Source: an uncultured Planctomycetota bacterium (GTDB lineage: Bacteria > Planctomycetota > Planctomycetia > Pirellulales > Lacipirellulaceae). Taken from it: 64,000 nucleotides of DNA. Every line of letters begins with the position of its first letter. Within the stretch, counting starts at the first letter, position 1. The position numbers and the translations under genes were made by a program. Where the stretch lies: NCBI GenBank assembly GCA_963719315.1, contig CAVRBU010000009.1:34011-98010 (forward strand), written 5' to 3'. Below, piece after piece: positions 1-9,473 of this stretch. Under the pieces are notes generated by a model. The model ran no database searches and was not told the DNA's origin. It was given only the letters and a program-made list of their open reading frames with translations.

Positions 1-792
1 GATGCCGTTATCAAGCAGAAGTTCGACCGCATCAAAATGAAGATGACGACGCCCGTGGGCGCCTTTGACTACGATTCGAAGTCGGACGCGGTGCCAACCG
101 GCATCGGGGCCATGATCGCCCCCATGTACAAGGCGATGACTCAGGGCGAATTCGAAATCACGATGACTTCGCGGGGCGAAGTCAAGGACGTCAAGGTGCC
201 TGATGAAGTTCTCACGGCGCTGAAGTCCTCGCCCGGTGCGGCAGCGATGGGTGACATCGCGACTGCCGACGGCTTTAAGAAAATGATCTCTCAGGGCGCA
301 CTCGTTCTGCCCAAAGATCCACCCAAGCAAGGCGAATCGTGGAAGACGAAGGTCGAGATGAACAATCCGGCCGTCGGCATGCAGACCGTCGAAACGACCT
401 ATCGTTACGATGGCACGAAGGACATCGAAGGGACAAAGTTTGCGGTCATCAAACCCGAGTTGAAAATGGAATTTGAAAAGGGTGGCGCAAAACCGGGCGG
501 ACAGCCGCCGCAATTGTCGATGAAAATCGCCGACCAGAGTTCCGACGGCGAGGTGCTATTTAACATCGAAAAAGGCCGGCTGCATTCCACAACGCTCACG
601 CAAAAAGTGACGATCGACGCAACCGTAAACGGGCAAGTCATGCAGCAAAAAATCGACCAGAAGATCGACGTGAAAGTCGCTCCCGCTGGGGAAAAGAAGA
701 CTGAAGAATCGAAAAAAACTGAAACGCCTGATGCGAAGGAACCCGAAGCGAGCGAAGAGAAAAAGGCGGACGCGGGAACGGAAAAGAAATAA
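1..792 (+). CDS. DUF6263-like exported protein, 5'-truncated by the window edge
   Basis: Frame is open from base 1. The beta-rich pattern (FDYDSK...FEITMTSRGEVKDVK...LP...GESW...GEVLFNIEKGRL) resembles DUF6263 proteins; acidic/lysine-rich tail. Confidence 0.6.
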   Translation, partial: DAVIKQKFDRIKMKMTTPVGAFDYDSKSDAVPTGIGAMIAPMYKAMTQGEFEITMTSRGEVKDVKVPDEVLTALKSSPGAAAMGDIATADGFKKMISQGALVLPKDPPKQGESWKTKVEMNNPAVGMQTVETTYRYDGTKDIEGTKFAVIKPELKMEFEKGGAKPGGQPPQLSMKIADQSSDGEVLFNIEKGRLHSTTLTQKVTIDATVNGQVMQQKIDQKIDVKVAPAGEKKTEESKKTETPDAKEPEASEEKKADAGTEKK

Positions 793-860
793 TAATCGCG
801 ATACTCCTGCTTAACCTCGAGGCGCTTTCCGAGAACAGTGCGCCGCGCATGATGGCGCGG

Positions 861-1199
861 TTAGACAGACGCAAGGCGGACTTGGACCTCGTCGCCGATG
901 ACGCGGACCTCGAATTTATCGACTCCCAATCGCGGGTTGTCGGCCCACTTACCGTCGCGAACGCAAAACCGCCAGGCATGCCACGGGCATGTGACGATGC
1001 CCTCTTCGTCCAGACAGCCGGCGCCGAGCGACGCCCCCATATGTGGGCACAGGTCATCGATCGCGAAGTACTTACCGTCTTGGAAAAACACGGCGACGAG
1101 CCGATCGCCTACCTGGAAAGACCGACCCTCGCCCTCCGGGATCGCCCCCACTTTGGCGATCGTCTCGAATCCGTCGGCGGGCGAATCGGGCGTGGACAT
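861..1199 (-). CDS. Small Rieske [2Fe-2S] ferredoxin (NirD-like)
   Basis: CPHMGASL and CPWHAWRF Rieske ligand boxes in a ~112 aa protein; start taken at MSTPDS. Confidence 0.9.
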   Translation of the reverse strand: MSTPDSPADGFETIAKVGAIPEGEGRSFQVGDRLVAVFFQDGKYFAIDDLCPHMGASLGAGCLDEEGIVTCPWHAWRFCVRDGKWADNPRLGVDKFEVRVIGDEVQVRLASV

Positions 1200-1364
1200 G
1201 AGCCGGATAGTAGTTCTTAGGGTGGGCATTGCCCACCGAGTTACGAGAATGAGGCGTGCAGCGGTGGGCGGTGCCCACTCTACTGGCTAAAATAATCCAT
1301 ACGCCGCGAATGCAATAGACGCCTTGCCTTTGGACGCGGTCGTCCCCCCCGCGATCGATCTACC

Positions 1365-1685
1365 GTGACCGAAAAAAATGTGTCCATCTCGCTTGCCGAT
1401 TTCCAATCGCTCATTCGTCGAATGTACTTGGAAAAGGACCTTGCGCGAGGCGTAGACGGCACATTCATGTGGTTGATGGAGGAGGTCGGCGAACTGGCGT
1501 CGGCACTCCGCGAGGGTACGAAGGAGGAGCAGTCTGCCGAATTCGCCGATGTACTGGCCTGGCTTACGACGATCGCGAATGTCGTGGGCGTCGATCTGGA
1601 AGCGGCGGTCAAAACCAAATACGGCACCGGCTGCCCCGGATGCGGTCAACTTATTTGCACTTGCGATGACGCCGGCAAACCGTAA
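1365..1685 (+). CDS. MazG-like nucleotide pyrophosphohydrolase
   Basis: WLMEEVGEL...EFADVLAWL motifs; C-terminal CxxC-x4-CxC. Confidence 0.9.
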   Translation: MTEKNVSISLADFQSLIRRMYLEKDLARGVDGTFMWLMEEVGELASALREGTKEEQSAEFADVLAWLTTIANVVGVDLEAAVKTKYGTGCPGCGQLICTCDDAGKP

Positions 1686-1743
1686 ACCTGCGACTTCGGT
1701 TCACTGCAAAAGCGGGAGGCGTCGCTGACGCAAACGATCGTCG

Positions 1744-3996
1744 ATGATGCGAACCGCGATTGACCCGAATCGGGCAACCCACCGAATTGCACTCGCGCTG
1801 GCAGCCGTTGTTGCGGCGAGCCTTTCGCCGCGCGCATTGGCCGCCGACCAATCCGCGACAGGTCCCAGAATCGCCACGGCGCGGATCGGTTTGCAGAACT
1901 ATTACAAGCTGGGGTTTTGGACGCCCGTATCCGTCGATATAAAGGACGCCGGCGCCGTCAAGAATCTTCGCATAGAAGTCACGGTCGCCGATAGCGACGG
2001 CGTTTCTACGACAGCTAGCGAGCCGCTAAGGTCGGAGATTTCTGCAGACGGCCGTCGCGCCGCTCTGGTTTACACGCAAGTGGGGCGCGTTGGTAGCCCA
2101 ATTCACATCTCACTTGCCGATGACGAACAACAAGTCGATGAGCTCGTCTTGCGGCCGAACGCAAAATCGATGTCGAACGGAACTGTATCTCCCTTACAGG
2201 CGACGAGTGAATTGATCCTCTCGCTTGGCGCGGCAAAATTCGGATTGAACGATGCATTCCCCGATCGCTCTGGTAGAGCTGGCCAGGCCCAACGCAAACT
2301 CATCGAGTTAGATTCTGTCGCCGATTTGCCGACGGATTGGTTCGGCTACGAATCAATCGATGTGTTGGTCATCACGGTCGGCGACAGCAAACTATGCCAA
2401 GCGCTGGCGGGAAACCATAAAAAGTTTGCGGCGCTCCAGCGGTGGGTAGAACTTGGGGGCCGCCTCGTGATTCTCTGCCGCGGAGAAATGGCGCCCGCGA
2501 TGATTGGGAAGAACGGCCCGCTGGCAACGCTCGTGCCGGGAAAACTGGCGGAGGTCGTCAGCCTGCCGGAAACCGGGGCCTTGGAGCGCTTCGCTGAATC
2601 GAGCCCGAAGATTGCCACGGCAACGATCCGAGTGCCGCGGCTGGTAAACGTGGACGGAACAATCGACGTGTACGAGGGACGCCAGCCGACGGACTTGCCG
2701 CTGGTCGTGCGGGCCGCGCGAGGTTTCGGGGAAGTTGCTTTCGTCGGAGTCGAATTCAACCAACCACCGTTGGCTGATTGGGCAGGACGCACGGCGTTTC
2801 TGCACGCGCTGTTGCGGCCGTACTTGTCGCAAGCGGCCGTGGCGGATTCAACGCGGCACCTCGTCACAAGCGGTTTCGTCGACCTTTCGGGCGCGTTGCG
2901 GCAACAACTTGGCCGATCGTTCCCAGCCGTCGTGCCGATCGGGTTCCCGGTGGTCACCGGGCTGGTGATTGCGTATCTATTGTTTCTGGGACCGCTCGAT
3001 TATCTCCTCGTTCATCGTTGGCTGCGCCGGCCGCTTGTGGCTTGGATTACTTTTCCGCTGATCGTTGCGGGTTTTTCTATGCTCGCGCTTGCCGTAAGCA
3101 ATTGGTCTAGGGGTTCTTCGAGCACGCAGATCAATCGATTGGAACTCGTGGATTTCGATACAATATCGGGCCAAGCGCGCGGCACGTTTTGGTCCGCGCT
3201 CTACAGCCCGAGAGCGAATCGATTCGATCTGGCGGTAAAACCGTCTGGGGCCAGCGATGAGTCGAGCACCGATCGCGCCGCGCTTCTTTCCTGGTGGGGA
3301 CTGCCGGGCTCGGGCATCGGCGGAATGCTGGCAAGCGGCAGCGATTTGCGAATCATTCAGAACGGTTACCGCTACGGGCTCGAACTGAATTCACTCGAAG
3401 AACTGCCGGTGTTGCAGTCGGCCACGAAGTCTCTGCTGACACGCTGGACCGCCGCCGCTCCGGCGAGAATTGAGGCCCAACTTGTTGACGATGATGGCCT
3501 GGTCGTCGGCTCTCTGGCGAATCAAACTGGGTTGTCCCTGGGAAACGCGCGACTCTTCTATGGCTCGTGGGCGTATCGATTGGGTACCTTGAACGTCGGA
3601 ACAAGAATCGAAGTCGGCGAGGAGCTCAGTCCGCGAAAGGCTAAGACGATCGTCACGCGGGAAGCACTCGGCGATAGCGGCGCCATTGCCGCCCCGGTCG
3701 AGAGTCGGATGTTTGCGGCCGAGAAGGCATCGTCAATTGAAATATTGAATCTGATGATGTTCTATGAAAAGGCGGGCGGATTTGAGTTCGCCCACTTGCC
3801 GAATCGCTTCCAGGCATATTGCGATTTGAGCCGGCAGCTGGACTTGGGCCGCGCCGTGCTAGTGGCCGACGTCACCGAGGCCGACACGCAACTGGTCGAT
3901 ACCGCGACCGGCGAGGCGATCGGCGACCACAAGCACGATACATCGACTGTCATTTATCGATTCTTGCTGCCCGTAAAGCAAAAAGGGACGCCATAA
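1744..3996 (+). CDS. Large membrane-anchored hypothetical protein (750 aa), probable partner of the downstream ABC ATPase
   Basis: Signal-peptide-like N-terminus; a glutamine-amidotransferase-like segment (YESIDVLVI...WVELGGRLVI); two central TM helices (YLLFLGPLDY...WITFPLIV). Confidence 0.7.
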   Translation: MMRTAIDPNRATHRIALALAAVVAASLSPRALAADQSATGPRIATARIGLQNYYKLGFWTPVSVDIKDAGAVKNLRIEVTVADSDGVSTTASEPLRSEISADGRRAALVYTQVGRVGSPIHISLADDEQQVDELVLRPNAKSMSNGTVSPLQATSELILSLGAAKFGLNDAFPDRSGRAGQAQRKLIELDSVADLPTDWFGYESIDVLVITVGDSKLCQALAGNHKKFAALQRWVELGGRLVILCRGEMAPAMIGKNGPLATLVPGKLAEVVSLPETGALERFAESSPKIATATIRVPRLVNVDGTIDVYEGRQPTDLPLVVRAARGFGEVAFVGVEFNQPPLADWAGRTAFLHALLRPYLSQAAVADSTRHLVTSGFVDLSGALRQQLGRSFPAVVPIGFPVVTGLVIAYLLFLGPLDYLLVHRWLRRPLVAWITFPLIVAGFSMLALAVSNWSRGSSSTQINRLELVDFDTISGQARGTFWSALYSPRANRFDLAVKPSGASDESSTDRAALLSWWGLPGSGIGGMLASGSDLRIIQNGYRYGLELNSLEELPVLQSATKSLLTRWTAAAPARIEAQLVDDDGLVVGSLANQTGLSLGNARLFYGSWAYRLGTLNVGTRIEVGEELSPRKAKTIVTREALGDSGAIAAPVESRMFAAEKASSIEILNLMMFYEKAGGFEFAHLPNRFQAYCDLSRQLDLGRAVLVADVTEADTQLVDTATGEAIGDHKHDTSTVIYRFLLPVKQKGTP

Positions 3997-4046
3997 TAAT
4001 CTGGATTTGGCCTGGCGGCCGACGCCAATAGGCAACGCTTAGCATC

Positions 4047-4973
4047 ATGATCGAGACCCGCGACCTGACGAAGAAATACGGCGAATTGTACGCCATCAAA
4101 TCAATCGATTTGAACTTGAATCGCGGCGACCTGTTTGGCTTCATCGGGCCCAACGGCGCCGGCAAAACGACCACGATGCGGATTCTGGCCACGCTCCTGA
4201 ATCCGACTTGGGGCGAAGCGTACGTGGGCGGCCACTCGATCTACACGCAGCCGAAGGAAATCCGCCGTATGATCGGTTACATGCCCGATTTTTTCGGCGT
4301 GTACGACGACATGAAGGTAATCGAGTACCTGGAATTCTTTGCCGCGGCTTACCGCATCCGCGGACCTCAGCGACGTAAGGTGTGCGACGAGGTCCTCGAA
4401 CTCGTGGAACTGGGCTATAAGCGCGAAGCGCTTGTTACGAGCCTATCGCGCGGCATGAATCAACGTCTCGGGCTCGCGCGTGTGTTATTGCACGATCCTC
4501 AAGTGCTGCTGCTCGATGAACCGGCCAGCGGCCTCGATCCGCGTGCCCGCATCGAAATCCGCACGCTCCTCAAACGGCTCGGCACGATGGGCAAGACGAT
4601 CATGGTCTCAAGCCACATCCTGCCTGAGCTGGCCGATATCTGCAACAAGGTCGGCATCATCGAGCGCGGCGAACTAGTGTTCAACGACACGGTAGCGGAA
4701 TTGCTCAAACGCGTGCGACCACACATGGTACTTAACATCGGCGTCGCTGATGACCGCAACGCCGCGGCCAAATTGTTGCAAAGTCATGTAATAGTGAATC
4801 GAGTCGATCTCGGAGACAAGCATCTCACAGTCACGCTTTCCGACGGCCAAACCGAATACAGCGATCTTGCTACGCTGCTCATCGGCGCGGGCCACCGACT
4901 GACGTTGCTCCGCGAGCAAGAGTTGAATTTGGAAACAGCGTTCATGGCGCTGACGAAGGGAATCACTTCGTAA
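4047..4973 (+). CDS. ABC transporter ATP-binding protein (ABC-2/DrrA type)
   Basis: Walker A GPNGAGKTT, signature LSRGM, Walker B LLLDEP, H-loop SSH. Confidence 0.95.
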   Translation: MIETRDLTKKYGELYAIKSIDLNLNRGDLFGFIGPNGAGKTTTMRILATLLNPTWGEAYVGGHSIYTQPKEIRRMIGYMPDFFGVYDDMKVIEYLEFFAAAYRIRGPQRRKVCDEVLELVELGYKREALVTSLSRGMNQRLGLARVLLHDPQVLLLDEPASGLDPRARIEIRTLLKRLGTMGKTIMVSSHILPELADICNKVGIIERGELVFNDTVAELLKRVRPHMVLNIGVADDRNAAAKLLQSHVIVNRVDLGDKHLTVTLSDGQTEYSDLATLLIGAGHRLTLLREQELNLETAFMALTKGITS

Positions 4974-4976
4974 GGG

Positions 4977-5115
4977 GGAAGGTGGAGTGTGGAAGGGGGA
5001 AGGCGGCCTGCCTCTGCCGTAGACCTTGTCAGATGAGGCGGAATCTCCGATACTTGTGGTCCCGGAAACGCAGAGCGTTGGAGGCATTTACTCCCCCTTT
5101 CCCACTCCGCCTTCC
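4977..5115. repeat. Imperfect inverted repeat with 7-nt periodic arms
   Basis: GGAAGGT GGAGTGT GGAAGGG GGAAGGC at 4977-5004 is complementary to CTCCCCCTTTCCCACTCCGCCTTCC at 5091-5115. Confidence 0.6.
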
Positions 5116-5127
5116 GGCTTAGTTTGG

Positions 5128-5200
5128 GCCCCCATCGTCTAGAGGCCCAGGACACCGCCCTCTCACGGCGGCGACAGGGGTTCGAATCCCCTTGGGGGTA
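5128..5200 (+). tRNA. tRNA-Glu (anticodon CTC)
   Basis: 73-nt cloverleaf: acceptor GCCCCCA/TGGGGGT, anticodon arm CCGCC-CTCTCAC-GGCGG, T arm AGGGG-TTCGAAT-CCCCT. CCA is not encoded. Confidence 0.97.
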
Positions 5201-5380
5201 CTTTGACGCAAGCCCTAGGGCATGGGACGCCGGGCTGAGAGAAAGATAACATATGTGTTAGCATGGCCGGTGCACTAGCAAGTACCGGCCAATCTGCTTC
5301 GCTCTGAAGCCGTTGGCCAAACCAACCACTGCCTCTTTGTTGGACCGGCGGCGATGGCCTGACTCGCGATGCGGCGCAGT

Positions 5381-5560
5381 TCATTGTTGTCCGCTGCCTG
5401 TGTAACGCTGAAGCAGGTAACCTATGCAAAATACAAGCACTGACACCACCAGAAACCCCAACATCTTGCCAGCCGATATCGCCTGATTCAGTTGTGCGAC
5501 GATCGCCAACACTGGAATCGTTAACCCGACCATTTGCAGAAATCGCGCCACTGTGTACAT
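5381..5560 (-). CDS. Small two-TM membrane protein
   Basis: 59 aa from MYTVARFLQ, with two hydrophobic helices. Confidence 0.6.
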   Translation of the reverse strand: MYTVARFLQMVGLTIPVLAIVAQLNQAISAGKMLGFLVVSVLVFCIGYLLQRYTGSGQQ

Positions 5561-5642
5561 GGGGTGCACAGTATCATCGACAATGTATAGAAGCAAGCAC
5601 CCGTGGTCGGCGGGCAGTTGCTTCAGTACGATAAATGCATCG

Positions 5643-6107
5643 ATGAATCAAGATTCCATGGATATTGATCAGGCGGATGAAACACCCAGCGCGGCGATGA
5701 AATCGCCGCCAATCGAAGTGCTGTGGTGGCGCGCGCTACAGTTGCGGTGCCCGGCTTGCGGTCGAGCGCCCATTTTCCGCGGCTGGTTCACAATGCAAGA
5801 CATATGCACAAATTGCGGCCGACGATTCAATCGCGATGCGGGGTACTTGCTCGGTTCGGTTTACTTCAATTACGGCGTGACGGCGACGCTAGTCGTCGTG
5901 ATGTATTTCTCCATGTTCTTTGGCGACGTGCTGACAGACGGCCAGCGACTTGCGATACTAACCGCGTTCGGCGTGCTGTTCCCGATCTGGTTCTTTCGTT
6001 ACGGCCGGGCGCTATGGATGGCGTTCGACGAGCGCTGGGACCCCTGGCCTAATGAGGAGGAAAAGCGGCAGTTGGAGACCACCTGGCAAAGTACGAGGGG
6101 CGACTAA
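5643..6107 (+). CDS. DUF983 family membrane protein
   Basis: RCPACG...CTNCG zinc ribbon followed by two TM helices; start uncertain. Confidence 0.75.
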   Translation: MNQDSMDIDQADETPSAAMKSPPIEVLWWRALQLRCPACGRAPIFRGWFTMQDICTNCGRRFNRDAGYLLGSVYFNYGVTATLVVVMYFSMFFGDVLTDGQRLAILTAFGVLFPIWFFRYGRALWMAFDERWDPWPNEEEKRQLETTWQSTRGD

Positions 6108-6206
6108 TATGTGCGCCAGACCAAATAGCCGCGAACCTTTCTTGGCTTTTATTGTCTGCACTCCGCTTGCGCGACACACCGCCGTTTCGACATCGATGGA
6201 GGTCCG

Positions 6207-7040
6207 ATGGACGACCAAGACATATCTCGCCTGTTTCCCCGAACGCAAAAATATCCCATCGAATGGATCAGCCGCGGCGGCATGGGGAGCAATCCATTGT
6301 GGATGACGGAGTGGCTCTGCGAGACGCTCGACCTGCGACGCGGAATGCGGGTGCTGGACCTGGGCTGCGGCTACGTGCGGTCCTCGATTTTCCTGGCGAA
6401 GGAATTTGACGTTCAAGTCTGGGCGACGGACTTGTGGGTGCCGGCGACCGAAAACTACAAATTGATTGGCGAAGAAAAGCTCGAAGACCGCGTTTTTCCG
6501 TTGCACTGCGATGCGCGGTCGCTGCCCTTCCCTGCCGAATTCTTCGACGCGATCGTTGCGATTGATTGCTATCCGTACTTTGGCACGGACGATCTGTATC
6601 TCAACTACCTTGTGAGCTTTCTTAAACCTGGCGGACAACTCGGCGTCGCGGGCGCCGGCCTGATCAAGGAAATGCCCACGCAGATTCCAGACCATTTACA
6701 GCGATTCTGGACACAGGACGTGTGGGCCATCCACTCGCTCGATTGGTGGCGGCGTCACTGGGAACGCACCGGGCTTGTGCATATCCAATCGGCCGATACG
6801 ATGGCCGACGGTTGGAAGTTATGGTCGAAATGGCATCGCCACATCGCGCCATTCAACAAGGCGGAGGTTGAAGCGATTGAGGCGGATGCCGGACGGTACC
6901 TCGGCTACATTCGCCTGGCGGCGCGGCGCAAGCCCAACGTCGAACTGGCAGAATACGCCTGGCCCGACACTCTCCGAGCCATGCTCAAAGACATGAAGCA
7001 CATCGCAGAGCAGCCGCAGGCTCAATCGCAGTCCGGCTGA
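6207..7040 (+). CDS. Class I SAM-dependent methyltransferase
   Basis: VLDLGCG motif I, DARSLPF, FDAIV; GGAGG SD upstream. Confidence 0.9.
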   Translation: MDDQDISRLFPRTQKYPIEWISRGGMGSNPLWMTEWLCETLDLRRGMRVLDLGCGYVRSSIFLAKEFDVQVWATDLWVPATENYKLIGEEKLEDRVFPLHCDARSLPFPAEFFDAIVAIDCYPYFGTDDLYLNYLVSFLKPGGQLGVAGAGLIKEMPTQIPDHLQRFWTQDVWAIHSLDWWRRHWERTGLVHIQSADTMADGWKLWSKWHRHIAPFNKAEVEAIEADAGRYLGYIRLAARRKPNVELAEYAWPDTLRAMLKDMKHIAEQPQAQSQSG

Positions 7041-7350
7041 CCGATTCGACGGAAGGATTGCTTTGAGCCGTTTCGAGTGCTTCTTTCTCTCGCTGCGCGC
7101 GACGAATCGAAAGATACGCGCAGCTGCCGAATGTGGCAAGCACGATGTACGGCATCGACATCAAGAAGATGACACTGTATCCAAAGCCGGCCGCGAGAGC
7201 CTTGCCGAGCGGATCGTTTTGCGCGAGGCCATCTTTGCAAGTTGGACAGGCGGCTGCCACACTAGCAATGAGCAACACCAGAGCCAGCACGATCGCAATG
7301 AGCGCCCATCGAGCAATTACAGGTTCAAATTGATGATAGATGGCTTTCAT
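6985..7350 (-). CDS. Small membrane protein with CxxC (CPTC), last gene of the oxidase operon
   Basis: TM helix-ACPTCK-linker-TM helix; co-oriented with the operon; overlaps the convergent methyltransferase by 56 bp. Confidence 0.65.
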   Translation of the reverse strand: MKAIYHQFEPVIARWALIAIVLALVLLIASVAAACPTCKDGLAQNDPLGKALAAGFGYSVIFLMSMPYIVLATFGSCAYLSIRRAQREKEALETAQSNPSVESVSRTAIEPAAALRCASCL

Positions 7351-7406
7351 ATCGCACTTCCACGCATCTGTCTTAGACGCGCCGTAATCACTGTTATTAT
7401 TCTAAA

Positions 7407-7907
7407 TCATTGCCCAATTGGCGGCCAGAGGTGATAGAGCATTGCGTAAACGATGACTCCCGTCACGGATACGTAAAGCCAGATAGGAAAAACCCATTTC
7501 GCGAGCCGCAGGTGTTTTTCGCGATAGAGAGCAGACGCGGCCGATTTCTCGGGCTGCGTCATTTCGCCGCCGCAACAACCGATCGCGCGATAGCCGAGAT
7601 AGATTTGGCGAATCGCCAGAAACGGAACGGTAACCGCCAACAGAACGTGCGATGCCAGGATCGTTACGTAGATGTACCACACCGGCCCCGGATGCGTGAA
7701 TCGCACGCTACTGACTTGCAAGTGATACCAGATATAACACGCCAGAAAAGCGGTCGACACGCCGAACGCTGCCAACATCGTCCATTTGTGCGCATCGACG
7801 CGACCGCGCTTGATAAAGAACAGACCCGCCAATAGTAGCGCCGTCGCCAGCGCATTGAGCGACGCGTTCACGTGCACGATTGGGTGGGCAGCCAGGAAAA
7901 TCGTCAA
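7407..7907 (-). CDS. DUF420 family membrane protein (CtaM/YozB-like oxidase assembly factor)
   Basis: NASLN...H..M...FL..Y..YH...H..LA...H...KW.FPIWLYVSVTG.IVY pattern; TTG start overlaps the SCO stop (TTGA). Confidence 0.85.
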   Translation of the reverse strand: MTIFLAAHPIVHVNASLNALATALLLAGLFFIKRGRVDAHKWTMLAAFGVSTAFLACYIWYHLQVSSVRFTHPGPVWYIYVTILASHVLLAVTVPFLAIRQIYLGYRAIGCCGGEMTQPEKSAASALYREKHLRLAKWVFPIWLYVSVTGVIVYAMLYHLWPPIGQ

Positions 7908-8599
7908 CTCGATTTCTCTTTCGTGGCGTCTCCGGCCGCCAGATCGTGCGGCGGCTTTTCTTCCAAACATTCCAGCAGCAAATTCTTCAGCCGCTTGCAC
8001 TGGCTTTCGCTTGTGCCATCGAAGAGGCCACGGATCTTGCCCTGCTTGTCGATGACGATCGCGTAGTCTTGGTGACCTTTGAGGCTCAGAAATATCTTCA
8101 TGCCCTTGGCCACGCGTTGAATGTATTCGAGATCGGCCCGGCAGAAGAGCCAGCGTTCGGGGTCGGCCTGCCAACGATCGGCGTACGCTCGCAGCGCTTC
8201 AAGTGTGTCGTTATCCGGGTCGCAGGTGATGCTCACCCACGTGACATCTTTCAGTTCGGGCGTTTTACTCAATACCTGAATGTTCGAGTTGAGCCGGATG
8301 CACTGGCCCGGGCACGTCGTGAAGAAGTAGGATGCGACCCACACGCGACCGCGCATGTCGAGCGAACGAAACGGCTTGCCGCTCCGCTCGGTGAGTTCGA
8401 ACTCGGTGAGCGGCGGGCCAATCGCGTTCGCCGAGATAGCTTGGCTTTTGATCTCCTTCCATTGCTGGTATTGCCACCACTTCCAGCCGCCAAAGAACAT
8501 TCCAATCAGCACAATGGCGCATAACATGAACGGCACCGTGGAGCCAGCGAAATTGGGCTCTGAAGACGGCGTTGAATCATGCTCTAGTTCTTGGTTCAT
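7904..8599 (-). CDS. SCO family copper chaperone
   Basis: FFTTCPGQC (CxxxC), DPDNDT and a conserved His (GHQ); N-terminal TM anchor; ATGA overlap with the upstream permease. Confidence 0.92.
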   Translation of the reverse strand: MNQELEHDSTPSSEPNFAGSTVPFMLCAIVLIGMFFGGWKWWQYQQWKEIKSQAISANAIGPPLTEFELTERSGKPFRSLDMRGRVWVASYFFTTCPGQCIRLNSNIQVLSKTPELKDVTWVSITCDPDNDTLEALRAYADRWQADPERWLFCRADLEYIQRVAKGMKIFLSLKGHQDYAIVIDKQGKIRGLFDGTSESQCKRLKNLLLECLEEKPPHDLAAGDATKEKSS

Positions 8600-9417
8600 A
8601 ACAGGTCTCCGGTCGACCGCGTGCCGGCAATTGACCAGGCGGCGGCAAACGTTACGCCGGCAAATGCCAACGAGACGATCCAGCAAAGCGGGAGCGAAGG
8701 CAGTCCGGCTACATTGGTATTTTGAAGGTAATGCCGCAGGCCGGCCACCCCATACGTGAGCGGATTGAGCCGTATGATCCAGCCCAGCCAGCCGCCAACG
8801 TCCATCGGGAAAAATGCACCGGAGAGTAGCCACATGGGCAATAGGAACACGCTCATGATGGCATGGAAGCCTTGCGTCGAATCCATCCGCCATGCAATCA
8901 GAAAGCCAAGCGCTGTGAGGGCGATAGAGATCACAAGCATCAACAGAATTGCGGCGACGAGGCCGAGTGGTGTCGTCGACAACACTTGATACCAACCCAG
9001 TGCCCCAGAAATCCAACCGAGAAACAGAAATACAATGCCTTGCAGCATGGCGATGGCCGCACCGCCCAGCACCTTGCCCATCACGACCGACCATCGCGGA
9101 ACGGGCGCCACAAGGACACCCTGCAAAAATCCTTCGCGGCGGTCTTCAATAATTGAGATCGTGGCGAAGATCGCCGTGAACAACAGGATCATCACCAGCG
9201 TGCCGGGGAAGAAATGGGCGTAGTCGAGACTGTTGTCCTCAACCTTCGCACTGCCGAGGCCGGCGCCAAACAGCAGCCAGAAAATGATCGGCTGGCCAAG
9301 CGCGCCGAACACCCGATTCTTCTGGCGGAAGAATCGCACAAGCTCGCGCTGGCAAAGCGTGCCTATCACGGGCATCGCGGGGACTGTCACCGAGTTGGAA
9401 CTAGTACCGACTGCCAT
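8596..9417 (-). CDS. ABC-2 type transporter permease
   Basis: RELVRFFRQ...QPIIFW...DRREGFLQGVLVAP...LSGAFFP...NPLTY; six TM helices. Confidence 0.92.
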   Translation of the reverse strand: MAVGTSSNSVTVPAMPVIGTLCQRELVRFFRQKNRVFGALGQPIIFWLLFGAGLGSAKVEDNSLDYAHFFPGTLVMILLFTAIFATISIIEDRREGFLQGVLVAPVPRWSVVMGKVLGGAAIAMLQGIVFLFLGWISGALGWYQVLSTTPLGLVAAILLMLVISIALTALGFLIAWRMDSTQGFHAIMSVFLLPMWLLSGAFFPMDVGGWLGWIIRLNPLTYGVAGLRHYLQNTNVAGLPSLPLCWIVSLAFAGVTFAAAWSIAGTRSTGDLL

Positions 9418-9473
9418 AATTCTCTTCCTAACCGCTAATGAACGCCAATCAGACACTTTCGAATTTGCGCATC

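Noticed and set aside
5201..7040. Island integrated at tRNA-Glu
   Set aside because: No integrase and no duplicated tRNA 3' end found downstream.
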